A DNA stretch of 64,000 nt from Eledone cirrhosa (taxonomy: Eukaryota). Below, piece after piece: positions 22,370-33,817 of the stretch. The position numbers were made by a program, and so were the translations under genes. The stretch is taken from contig OZ024749.1 in assembly GCA_964016885.1 (NCBI GenBank), positions 44,020,001-44,084,000 of the forward strand, written 5' to 3'. Position 1 is the stretch's first letter. Every line of letters begins with the position of its first letter. Below the pieces are notes generated by a model. That model made no database searches. It saw nothing but the letters and a program-made list of their open reading frames with translations, and was not told where the DNA came from.

Positions 22370-23886
22370 CGCCTCGGGCCACAAATAAATAACCGATCCG
22401 AGAGAAGTGAGATGAGATGGCTGGTATAAACAAATGAAACAACAACAACACACATACACAGTAGCAATCGTGTGATTGTTATTGTGTATATATCGTGTCC
22501 ACCGACCAACAAACAACAATCAGGCAGACTACCAATATAACACCACACCTGCCAGTATCAAAGACTGAATATAAGAAACTGATAGTGAAGATGCGTACAC
22601 ATTGACACATCACCACCCTCTACTCTAGTATAGAAGAACTGCCTTGACCTTTGTCTGACCGCAGCTATTCGGCACGCACACGCACGCCCTACAGAGTAGT
22701 TCAGTTGTACACACACGATAAACATAAACAACAGAGGCCACGTGTTGTCCCTCTCCGACTAAAAACTTTCCCCTCGGAAAAGCCCCAGTTGATGGATGCA
22801 AAATCTGAAATATAGGGACAATTAAATCACTTCCAAGGTAATTCTATCTTGTGTTATTATTTTTACACTCTTTCCTACATTCCTCTACACCCTATACATC
22901 TCATTCTACATTTCCTCTTACATCTCTCTCTCTCTCATTACCACCTGATTCTGTTACCCGGAGATTTACCCATCAGCATTGTTGAGTCTTCCAAAATGAC
23001 CAATTTTATTATTCCACAATGCTTCAAGCAAACTTCAACATGATGATATATACATACGGACTGCATGCTTTTTGTTGTAGCATCAGCACTTCCATACAGG
23101 ATGAATTGGCTACTACAGAAAATTTTTTTATGTTTCAAACATAAGCCTTTACCACAAAAATACAATAGATTATATAGAATAATTATTTCTACTTTTGGCA
23201 CAAGGCCAGCAATTATTCCAGTACATTACTGGTACTTTATTTTATCGACCCCGTAAGGATGAAAGGCAAAGTTAACCTCGGCGGGATTTGAACTCAGACC
23301 GCAAAGGGACGTAACTATGCTGGATAGCATGGCGTCCGACTCTCTACCGATACTGCCAATCCACCGCCCTATAGAATATATAGAATAATGAAAATGCTAA
23401 AGGGTTAAATTACTTTCCATCCTAAAAATACATAATAGATAATGCAGTTCTGGCTACACTATACTTAAATAAAGACCGGCTAGGCATGTCTGCAACACTT
23501 TTGGCCAGAGGTCTATTTCATCAAGATTGACTTTGACATAAACAACAAAAACAACTTCATAGTATGATAATTGTTTCTATTTTAGGCACAAGGCCAGCAA
23601 ATTACCTAGTACATTACTGGTACTTTATTTTATCGACCCCGCAAGGATGAAAGGCAAAGTTAACCTCGGCGGGATTTGAACTCAGATCATAGTATGATAA
23701 TGTTAGAGAATTTTATATATTTATTATTATTCTTTTAACTTAGTGAGGAAATTTTAAATATGTATTTTCAGATGATTGGCCAATCTATATTCTTCTAACA
23801 AATGGTAAAGTCTATGGCTGTGATTTTATAGTGAGTGCTACTGGTGTGGTACCAAACACAGATTCTCTACTACACGGAAATGATGT

Positions 23887-23928
<42 letters not shown>

Positions 23929-24463
23929 CATCATCATCATCAACCTTTTCAATTTCCATGTGTCTAACACACGTGGACATGCCCACAAAGTAAGAAAACA
24001 GCACAGTTCCCATGACTTTCGGAAACATTTTTTCACGCTCAGAGTTGCTGAAGCATGGAACAAACTACCTGCATCAGTTGTTAGCTGTCGAGACGCTGCA
24101 TCCTTTAAGGCCTCCATGCTTCCCGAGATCCGCCAACACTACAGCTAACACATACAAACATGTACTTCCCTGGCATTTGTGTATTATTCTATGTACTATA
24201 TTGACGAGTTGTAGTGCACCTGAGCACTTTACACAATAATTTCATTATTATTATTATCACCGTTTTACGTCCATTCTTCCACGCTAGCATGGGTTAGATG
24301 GGTTGTCTTGTTGTGGGCAATGCCAGATCAGGTGACTATGTCTTGCTCATACAGAACTGATTTTGGCTGATTTCTACAGCTGGATGCCCTTCCTAATACC
24401 AACCTCATTTACAGTGAGTACTGGGTGCTTTTTACCGTGGTGCCTACACAACCACTTTACATG

Positions 24464-24514
<51 letters not shown>

Positions 24515-24515
24515 G

Positions 24516-24562
<47 letters not shown>

Positions 24563-24565
24563 GTG

Positions 24566-24636
<71 letters not shown>

Positions 24637-25797
24637 CATCATCATCACCGTTTTACGTCTGTTCTTCCACGCTAGCATGGGTTAGACGGGTTGTCCTGTT
24701 GTGGGCAGTGTCTGGTCGGCTGACCATGCCTTGCTCATACAGGAACTGATTTGGCTTGATTTCTACAGCTGGATGCCCTTCCTAACACCAACCTCATTTA
24801 CAGTGAGTACTGGGTGCTTTTTTGTGGCGCCTACACGTCCACTTTACAGTGTGGGCTGGGTGCTTTTTTGCTGTGGCACCTCCACGACCACCTTGCAGTG
24901 GGAGGGTGTGGTGGCATATTGTCTATATGCTTCAGCTTGTACCCATGGGAGGTCGAGTACTCTGTATTACTGCGTGACGCCAGAGGTCACGGTCGTGTGT
25001 CATCGCCTTGGAGAGGTGTAATTGGGTAAGGTCGGCTTTTATCACCTCATCCCAGGTCATCTTGGGTCTCCCCACCCCGCGGTTTCCATCGACTTCTAGT
25101 GCTCTGCACCTTTTTATGCAGCTGTCATCCTTCATACGCATCACATGTCCATACCAATGCAACCACCTCTCCTGCACACATCATTTGATTCCTCTTATGC
25201 TCAGTCTCTCTCTCAATTCATTTCTGCTTTGTCGGTCGCGTATATTACTATTACACATCCATCGGAGCATGCAGGCTTCGTTTCTCTCTAATCTATGTAA
25301 GTCTTCCACCTTCAGTGCCCAGGTCTCACTACCATGTAACATTGCTGTTCGGATACACGCATCATAGTCTGCCTTTCATTTTGAGGGAGAAGCCTTTTGC
25401 AGCTAGCAGTGGCAGTAGTTCCCTGAACTTCTTCCATCCCATTCTTACCCTAGTTATTGTACTTTCTGAACACCCACCTCCGCTGCTAATTCGGTCACCT
25501 AGGTAGCAGAAGCTGTCTACTGTTTCTACAGAGCCCTCCCAGAGATTGGTGGTACTTGTTTCCTGTGGCTGTTTGCTGGTTGCTGTCCCAGTACAGCTGC
25601 TGCATGTGAAGCCTACATTCTTAATTAAGCTTCCTGAGATCCCGCTACATCTCTTGTGTACCCATTGTTTGCATTTGGGGCAGAGAATGGAGTTCCTACC
25701 TACACCTTTCCTACATACTGAGCAAGGCTATTTCCTTGAGGGGATCTGGGTTCTGTTTTCTTGTCTACTTACAAGGACCTTAGTCTTTATATATATG

Positions 25798-25830
<33 letters not shown>

Positions 25831-25871
25831 GTATATATATATATATGTATATATATATACGTATATATATA

Positions 25872-25943
<72 letters not shown>

Positions 25944-26091
25944 ATAATAATAAATTTGAAGACTAAAATCCAAAGAGGGTGCGATAAGGATAAATATATA
26001 TCAAATATATAAGAACCGTAGAGCAAATATTTATTAAAATAACATATATATATGTATATATATATATGTATATGTATATGTATATATATGT

Positions 26092-26161
<70 letters not shown>

Positions 26162-27480
26162 TCATCATCTTCGTTTAACGTCCATCTTCCATGTTAGCAT
26201 GGGTTAGACGGTATATGTATATATATATATATATATAGAGAGAGAAAAAACAATTTATATTTGGTTATAATGATGATGATGATGATGATAAGGAGGAGTG
26301 TAATTCAAATGTTTTCTTATATTTTAGTTTGATTTCAGTGAAGATGGTGGAATAAAAGTAAATTCCAAGATGCTGACTTCGGTAACAAATGTTTTTGCTG
26401 CTGGAGATGTTTGTACTCCATCCTGGGAATATTCTCAACATTGGTTCCAGGTTAGAAAAAAAAACCTTTTTATTAGGTAGTAACATGTGCTTAGGCTGTA
26501 TTTGACTAAATAGAATTAGTCTGTTAGTTGGGATTTAAAAAACCCCTCTGAATGGAAAAAAGGATGAGTATTGATGTACATGGGACCCATGGTACCCACA
26601 TCTTTGGTTTGCCGGACCAATATGTTACCATTACACCAACACGCTACCCATGCTTCCTTCCATTCAGTTAGAAGCTATATAACCATAGCAGGTATATATG
26701 TATATAAATAGGAAGACGCTTTGTTTACAAATGGTTAGTGAATTTGAAAATTAGGTAGTAACATGTGCTTATGCCGTATTTGACTAAATAGAATTAGTCT
26801 GTTAGTTTGAATTTTAAAAAAGGATGAGTATTGTCGTTTAAACTGGCTGTAACTGACTGCTCATACTAATGTTAAGGTATTGTTCTCAAAATAAATAATA
26901 TCAAAATCTCATAGATTCGATATTATGTGAGGTAAAGCCTTTACCATGAAAATACAATAGTAAATATAGAGTAATGTAAATGCTAAAAGGTTAAAGCAAA
27001 CTGTTTTTTATCGTAGAAACGGGGGCAGTTTCGGGCAGTTTTGTATCGAAAGGGTTACATATGAGGTTTAAAGGTCTGAAGAATTATAATCTGAATATCT
27101 GGTCCACTGTATTTTATTAGATGCGTCTCTGGACTCAAGCAAGACAGATGGGAGCTTACGCTGCTAAATGTATGGTGGCTAGCCAAAATGAAGAAGATAT
27201 TGAAATGGATTTCTGCTTTGAGTTGTTTTCACATGTGACTAAATTCTTCAATTCAAAGGTAAATAATAGAAAAAAATTCTTTTATCTTTTTATTTCATCA
27301 TTTTACATTCACTTTTCCATCTCCTTATATAAAAATCAGTTGTGCATGTATGGGGTTTATCTGTATACCCCTCTCCCCCCATATATATATATAACAAAGA
27401 GGGTGTGGTAAGATACCAGTTGGACCATTAGCTGTCGAAATGGCTGGAGTTCAGCCGTCGGGGTCCTGACTCTTTTCCTA

Positions 27481-27533
<53 letters not shown>

Positions 27534-29073
27534 CCCACAGCATTATGATCATAAGTCCAACACCCTTACCACTAGGCCACGTGCCTCCACAAATAGTTAC
27601 CTTATTCAGTTCAACTGAAACTATGCTATTTTGTTTTATCTTATCCAGGTCATCTTACTGGGAAAATTCAATGCCCAAGGTCTTGGTGAAAATTATGAAC
27701 TTCTTCTAAGAGTAACAGAAGGTATGTACTGTGTGTTAGATATAACTGTCAGGTTTTTAATTATGCTTGAAGATTAAAAACTGCCTTAACCCTTTCGTGA
27801 TTGCATTTCTAATGAAATACACTGTATTTTAATTAATTAATGATTAATGTCAAGGGATTTACTAAAATTATTGATTGTAAGATAGTAACTTAATGTAAGG
27901 TTTTTATATAAAACTATGTTGGAAGATTTTAATTTAAACTGGAAACCTTTAAAATGGGTTGTTTTATTTCATAGAATCAGAGCTGGTTTGGGCTGGATTG
28001 GTAACTAAAGGGTTAAAACATCTATAACTTTGATAACTTCCGGCCAGTATTGGCCCAGGTCATATCTAACTTAATAGCACCACCTAAGACACCTTATATA
28101 CATAATTCTTTCAACATCACAGGACCTTACACTCACACACTCATACTCACACAATGGTATATGTCTACACTGTAATGTGTTTGGTGTTGGGAAAGGTATC
28201 TAGCCATAGAAACCAAGCTGAAAAAAGAAACAGATTCGTTTGAGCAAGACATGGTCATCTAACTTGACTGTGTGTGTATTTTGTGCTGTTTACACAATGA
28301 AACAGACCCAGTACACTTTATGAAGTAGTTAGTGATAGAAGGAGCATCCAGCCATAAACAAACTTTCCAAACAAAGGGTCAAGAGAACTCTTCAGTTGTG
28401 TCAAGGGCTTGACAACTCTCTAGTGCTGGTGATCTATACCATAAACACCCAGCACACTCTGTAAAGAGGTTGGTGATAAGAAGGGCAGCTAGCCATAAAA
28501 AAACCTACCAAACAAAAGTTAGGGAGGACTTTTCAGTTGTATCAAAGACATGACAACCTCCCTAGTGTACTGACTGAGATTTCAGTAGCTTTGATTAAGT
28601 ACTGACTTGGTCTGTGACAACCCATCCAACCCTTGCAAGCAGGGAAAATGGATATTTGTTGATGATGATAATGGTGGTGGTGGTGGTGGTGATCTTGCTG
28701 ATAGTGGTGGTGATGATGATAATGTTGTTGGTGGTGATGATGATGATGATGATGATGATGATGCTGATAGTGGTGGTGATGATGATAATGATGAAGATGA
28801 TGATGAATATGGTGGTGGTGGTGATAATGTATGAATATATATATATATATATATATATAAAGTATATATTGACATTACTATTTTGTTTAATTTGTAGATG
28901 AAGAATATGTGAAAGTTGTGTTAAGTGACAATAGGATGCAAGGAGCTATTCTCATTGGAGAGACTGACATGGAAGAAACCTTTGAAAACCTTATTCTCAA
29001 CCAAATGGACCTTACTTGCTTCAAGGAAAACCTTTTAGAACCTGGAATTGACGTGGATGACTTTTTTGATTAA
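12828..29073 (+). CDS. PYROXD1: Pyridine nucleotide-disulfide oxidoreductase domain-containing protein 1, 14 coding exons, 487 aa
   Basis: Exons 12828-12896, 13872-13952, 15227-15346, 16120-16191, 16573-16626, 17474-17547, 18249-18409, 20872-20957, 21814-21937, 23772-23884, 26328-26450, 27121-27258, 27649-27721, 28898-29073. All GT-AG and phase-consistent (1464 nt). Motifs [80 protein letters not shown]. Confidence 0.97.
14047..14290. mobile_element. TTAA-flanked piggyBac-like MITE (high-copy family)
   Basis: Family ends ttaa-ccctttagcattta ... taaatgctaaaggg-ttaa. Other copies at ~16644-16874, 26836-26994, 38328-38524, 38657-38827, 39698-39800, 53757-53968, 59492-59675 and 60925-61129. Confidence 0.85.
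14520..14870. repeat. ~70-73 bp minisatellite, 5 copies, in PYROXD1 intron 2
   Basis: Unit gaggctaaggtgctggaatagccaagc(a/g)ccctcaccagaa...ctcaataaggctgggtgata at ~14521, 14591, 14663, 14736 and 14809. Confidence 0.9.
19247..19339 (-). ncRNA. Degenerate minimal (Penelope-type) hammerhead motif
   Basis: Minus strand: caattcattttcac-CTGATGA-(47 nt)-AAAAC-GT-GTC-gtgattaaatgattg. Extended stem I; G12 mutated to A; very short stem III ACGTGT. Confidence 0.5.
19622..20045 (+). mobile_element. Full-length tRNA-derived CORE-like SINE
   Basis: Head gaaggcgcatggcttaatggttag...gagttcaattc; CORE-like ccttgagcaagacact; internal ~45-bp repeats cacactgtaaagtgg; tail catgctagcgtggaagaacgga. Confidence 0.8.
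21373..21775 (-). mobile_element. RTE-type LINE 3' fragment ending ~40 bp before PYROXD1 exon 9
   Basis: [24 protein letters not shown]...[14 protein letters not shown] followed by a (GAT)n tail. Confidence 0.85.
23940..24256 (+). mobile_element. CR1/L2-type LINE 3' end
   Basis: [39 protein letters not shown], then 3' UTR gagttgtagtgcacctgagcac...(ATT)n. Second copy at ~55105-55388 and many tail-only copies. Confidence 0.85.
24960..25790 (-). mobile_element. RTE-X-like LINE fragment with a Cys-rich (PHD-like) insert after the RT domain
   Basis: KTKVLVSR...[29 protein letters not shown]...FTCSSC, then VDSFCYLGD and [12 protein letters not shown]...[11 protein letters not shown]. Confidence 0.85.
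26472..26835 (-). mobile_element. Second copy of the tRNA-headed element seen at 55-258, with a duplicated body
   Basis: Reverse complement gtgttggtgtaatggtaac...gatgtggg...cccatgtacatcaatactcatcc matches 58-135. The body tttagtcaaatac(g/a)gc occurs twice (~26500 and ~26780). Confidence 0.7.
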
Positions 29074-29284
29074 GGCTTCATTATGTTACTTGTATGTCAT
29101 TTTATCGACCCCTCTAGCAGAAGGATGAACGGCAAAGTTCGACCAAAGTTGACTTTGCCTTTCATTAATCTAGGGTTGATAAAACAAAGTATGAGTAGAG
29201 TACTGGGGTTGATTTGAGTGACTTTCCCCTTACCTTGAAAATCTGTTGCCTTATACCTAAATTATAAACTCTTGCGTATGTGTA

Positions 29285-29965
29285 GTATGGGGGATTGGGT
29301 GAATTGTCAGAGCATTGGACAACATACTTTGTGGTATATAGTTACAGCCCTTTATGTTCTGAGTTAAAATTTCACTGAGGTTAGCTTTGCCTTTCCTCCT
29401 TACAGAGTCGATAAAATAAAGTACCAGTAATGCACTGGGGTTGATTTAATCAACTTTCCCCTCCTCTAAAATTGCTGGCCTTGTGCGTAAATCAGAAACC
29501 ATCATTATTATTATTGACGGTGGATTAGCGGTAGTCGGTAGAGCGTCGGACGCCATGCTTTGCGGCATAGAGTTACGGCCCTTTATGTTCTGAGTTCACA
29601 TCCCACCAAGCTTAGTTTTGCCTTTAATCCTTATAGGGTCGGTGAAATAAAGTACCAGTAACGCACTAGGCTCGCTTTAATTGAGTTTCCCCTCCCCTAA
29701 AACTGCTGACTTTGTGTCTAAATCAGATACCATTATTATTGATTATATGGGCGGTGGATTGGCAGTATCGGTAGAGCGTCGGACACCATGCTTTGCAGCA
29801 TAGAGTTATGGCCCTTTATAATCTGAGTTCAAATCCCGCGAGGTTAACTTTGCCTTTCATCCTTACGGGGTCAATAAAATAAAGTACCAGTCATGCACAG
29901 GGGTCAATTTAATTGACTTTCCCCTCCAATTGCTGGCCTTGTGCCTAAATCAGAAACCATTATTA
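29285..29965 (+). mobile_element. Head-to-tail array of three Nin/Deu-like SINE copies downstream of the PYROXD1 stop
   Basis: ~230-bp units starting at ~29290, 29518 and 29750, each ending aaatcaga(a/t)acca(t/c)tattatt. Confidence 0.85.
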
Positions 29966-30075
29966 TTGATTATATGACACATGCTTTTAGCAGCTGTCAT
30001 ACATTTTGAAATTATTGTTGAAAATTTGTTGTCATCATCATCATCATTATTATCTTTTAACTTTTATAAGCTGCA

Positions 30076-30100
30076 AAATAAATAAAATTGACAAATAAAA
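30076..30100 (+). promoter_or_regulatory. Probable PYROXD1 polyadenylation signals
   Basis: Clustered AATAAA hexamers (aaaataaataaaattgacaaataaaa) followed by a T/GT-rich tract. Confidence 0.5.
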
Positions 30101-31304
30101 TTCAAAGAATTCATTTTTTGTGTCATGTTTCTTATTTATTGTACACCATATTTTTGTTTGATGATTTTTGTGTGGGTTTTTTTTATAAAGATTTGGAATT
30201 TTTTCTATGCTTTACTTGTCATATTGTTGAAACAATTGTCGTATTGCTGAAGCAATTGTAATATTGATGAAGCAATTGACAGCCCCCCCCCCCCCAACCA
30301 TTTCCCATCGACAAGCCTTGAAATCTTATAATAGTAACATGGATGTTTGCAAACTTGAGGTAATAAGCAAAGAAATTTTGATTAATTAAAATTACGTCCT
30401 GAGTGATGAGAACAATCAATATCTAAATGACTAATTCTGTTGAAACAACCATTTCAATTGATTAAATTAATTAAATATTGAATGTAGGTGAGGGTGGGGA
30501 TAATCTAATCTTCAAAAATACTGGCGAAACGTCACGCATGTTTCGGTTGTATGGGACCTCCTCAGCGAATCATATAGTCTAACCATTACTGCAGATCTTA
30601 GAATGCCTAGAGAAATATACAGGAATTTTTACGAATGAACGTAGATTGGAGTTATAGCTTAGAAGAATGACTGGGGGAAAAATACCTAAAGACGTCCGTT
30701 GAATAAAACGTAATAAGCCAATAAATTTTAAATTCATAAAATTACATTTTCTTAAGCGGTCTCAATTGCTTTAGCCAACTTCCTCTCCTTTCCCCGTCTC
30801 GATCTGAGATTTGTTCCGAAGAAATCGATAATGCGTATTATGCCTGAGACATAAAAGACCGCTAAGTGACACGTGTCTTTGATATGATTATAAACAAAAA
30901 CAGCCACCTGCTATCAGAAAATTCGACACACATGCAAGTTGTTCCAACGGACACTAAAATCAATTACTGTTGCCGTTATTGTTGTTGTTTAGCCCCAGGC
31001 CAGTTTGAAGCGAGTGGACCTATTATTAAAAAAAACAACAACAAAACCATTCCAGCTGTGATTACCTAGTTTTTTTGTTTTTTTCATACATCGAGGACTA
31101 TGTTGTTCAGTGTGATTTAGGGACGATTTGTATTCTTTTTCTCCCGCTCGAGTAAACAGGAAGACATTTATATTTTCTCCGAAATATGTTTCGTTTTCAT
31201 GATCTTTCTTCCCATATTTAATGTACACGGATTAATAAGAAAATACTACTCCATGATCAAATATTTGTTTATATATTTATGAAAGAAAGAAAAAACGAAA
31301 GAGA

Positions 31305-32210
31305 ATGAAGAATATGGTTGCGTTGAATATCTTTTATACAATTTCTCTCTTTCTGTTTATATGTTTCAAGGAAACTGACGGAATTAAAGTTTTATTGAAG
31401 GACGTTGATACCATAACTTTAATTCGTGGCCAAAGGACTACCGCAAGGAGATCTTCGCCAATTCCGCAGTTAAAATGCACGGGAGGATCGGCTGGTTGTC
31501 GAAGCTTCGTCCCTGAGAGTGTACAGTGTTATAACAAAGGTTGGGACGGCTCCGATATTCAGTGGAAATGCGAAACAGAAATGAATAAAAGATATCGTTT
31601 CGGAAAGATTGCTGTGTCGTGTGAAGGTTACGATTTCGCTAATGACCCTTACATTTTAGCAGGCTCTTGTGGTCTGAAATACGAAATAGATTACGTGAAC
31701 CGTAAACACGCAAGCAGGCTCTTTAAAAACTCTCGTTCGGTTAAACCCAGTTATTATTTCAGTGATTTTATTTGGATATTTTGTGGATTCCTTTTCATAT
31801 TGCTTATGTATCGTATCTGTACCGGCCGCAACAATAACAGGTGCAGAATATTTTCGAATTCTAATAGTTCACGGGAAACGCAACCCGGAACGTACCCGAC
31901 AGATCCCCCGCCACCATACGGCTTTCGACAAGAGTATTTCTCTCAACAAAACACTAGTAATTTCGAAGAAACTCAACAACCAGGATTCTTTTCCGGTATG
32001 GCAGCAGGTGGCTTGTTGGGATACGTCTTCGGTAAAGAGACTGGTTACTCTCGTTGTGACAATTCTCCTGGGTATCACCATTCCAGTGAGTACAACTCAA
32101 GTTGGCTCGAACCTCCTGTGTCTTCGAATATTTATGTAAGTTCAAGCGAATCGAGCGAGGATGATGAATCTCGGATGGCAGCTGGTTACGGCAGTACAAC
32201 ACGGCGATAA
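31305..32210 (+). CDS. SARAF: Store-operated calcium entry-associated regulatory factor (TMEM66), intronless CDS, 301 aa
   Basis: Signal peptide; luminal domain VLLKDVDTITL..GQRTTARRSSPIPQLKCTGGSAGC...VQCYNKGWDGSDIQWKC...VSCEGYD..NDPYILAGSCGLKY; one TM helix; PPPYG, GFFSGMAAGGLLGYVFG and C-terminal GYGSTTRR; AATAAA just after the stop. Confidence 0.96.
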   Translation: MKNMVALNIFYTISLFLFICFKETDGIKVLLKDVDTITLIRGQRTTARRSSPIPQLKCTGGSAGCRSFVPESVQCYNKGWDGSDIQWKCETEMNKRYRFGKIAVSCEGYDFANDPYILAGSCGLKYEIDYVNRKHASRLFKNSRSVKPSYYFSDFIWIFCGFLFILLMYRICTGRNNNRCRIFSNSNSSRETQPGTYPTDPPPPYGFRQEYFSQQNTSNFEETQQPGFFSGMAAGGLLGYVFGKETGYSRCDNSPGYHHSSEYNSSWLEPPVSSNIYVSSSESSEDDESRMAAGYGSTTRR

Positions 32211-32989
32211 AATAATAAAATAATTTACTCAATTTTGTATTGATCTGATTTGTTGTATTGATTGCTAATATTATAAATTTCTATTTTGTTTTCCCAATAT
32301 TCTGCAAATCTCGCCCCTCTCACTCTCCTTCTTTCTTACAATCCTGAAATATGTCGCAAAATACTTTCGTTTCATTTTTAGTCAAGACCAAAACAAGGGA
32401 AGTTACTCTGAATTTAAAGGATCAATAATTTTCAATTTTATTTAAGAAACCCTAATAAAATACAAATGTGCTGACAATATAGATAGCTTGAAATAAAAAA
32501 TACAAATGCCATTTGAATTCCCGGAAATTTGTGATGTTCTATGTTGGTAAAAATTATTTTTAAAAATAACACAATTAATTCTGTCTGAAATGTTAAACTC
32601 GTCTTCCTTCACGACATAAAATTTATTTCACTGTTTAAGCTATTTAAATCCAACATGAGAATTTGATTTTTCTTTTAATGAGTAAAGCAAAAAGAAAAAT
32701 ACACACACACTCGTAAATGTTAACTCGTCTGTAATGAATTTTTTTTAAAAAAAAGTATATCAGAACGATGTTTTAAATATATTATTATTTCAATAAGTAT
32801 AAAGTATATTGGATGAAAAAGTAAAATAATATGATAATTCAGCCAAAAATACATTGGCTTAGTGGTTAGGGTGTTCGGTTCCTGATTCCGCTTTGTGTCC
32901 TTGAACAAAATACTTTATTAGACGTTGTTTTAGTTTATTCAGTCGACAAAAAATGAGTTGTTCTTGTAATTCAAATGACGCGGTCTTGT

Positions 32990-33775
32990 CACACGCCGTG
33001 TCATCACGCAGAGATATAAGGATAAGGGTAAAGACCCCCTTCGGTCACGAATGACCATGGGATTTGCATTTAGAAAGTTCTCTTCCGAACCAGAAGTCTT
33101 GGCAAAATTGTTTGTCGAAGACCAACAGTCGTCCATGCACACTGATATCCCCATTTCACACCACAGGTGTTGTCCAAAGGAATGGCAAAGGTCAATACAT
33201 CTAGGCACCAATGACGTCGCAACTTATTTCCATAGCTGAGTAAACTGGAGCAACGTGAAATAAAGTATCTTGCTCAAGGACACAACACATCATTGGGGGT
33301 GGGGCATGCCCCCCCCCCCCCTAAAAAAAAAAAACTACCAAAACACACATCTATTTGTATATGCGCAACAATTTATGTACATGTTATGTTTATCGTATAT
33401 CGAATTTTTTTTTTATATCTTGGTTGATATTTGATAACACTAATATATTGTGTTAACCTTCATAGTATATATATATATATATATTTTTTGCCATTTGCTA
33501 GTATGAGACAGATTTCATAAGTCATTTTGCACCTTTCAATAATCACGTTATAATTATTGAAAGGTGATAATGTAATATGGCCTGCTTGGTCTAAAATTGC
33601 ATTTTCTGACCATTTTAGAGTGCAAAGAGCTAAACTAATCACTACAACTAAATTGACCCCCCCCCCCCATTCAGAAATGTTTCCACCGCCCCCCTGATCA
33701 CCTGGTCTGGGAATCGAAATGACAGCTTCATCATTGTAAGTCCGACGCTTTAACCCCTAAACCATATACCTTCAA
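32990..33775 (-). mobile_element. CORE-like SINE split by a ~400-bp GC-ended MITE-like insertion (~33291-33696), directly upstream of MRPS15
   Basis: Head at 33697-33775 (rc gaaggtatatggtttaggggttaaag...tttcgattcccagaccaggtga) continues as tgtgttgtgtccttgagcaagatact from 33290 downward. The insert has gggggtgg...ccgccccctg ends. Confidence 0.7.
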
Positions 33776-33817
33776 CCAGGGGGAGTGAACTCTTGTCATC
33801 ACTCAAACAATGTGATC

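Noticed and set aside
28582-28901. Poly-D/G/M/V/S ORFs (also 20963-21289, 37911-38326, 60526-60732)
   Set aside because: (GAT)n/(GGT)n trinucleotide tracts in introns, usually SINE or LINE tails.
31762-32232. Overlapping alternative-frame and antisense ORFs in SARAF
   Set aside because: By-products of a GC-richer coding region; no recognisable protein features.
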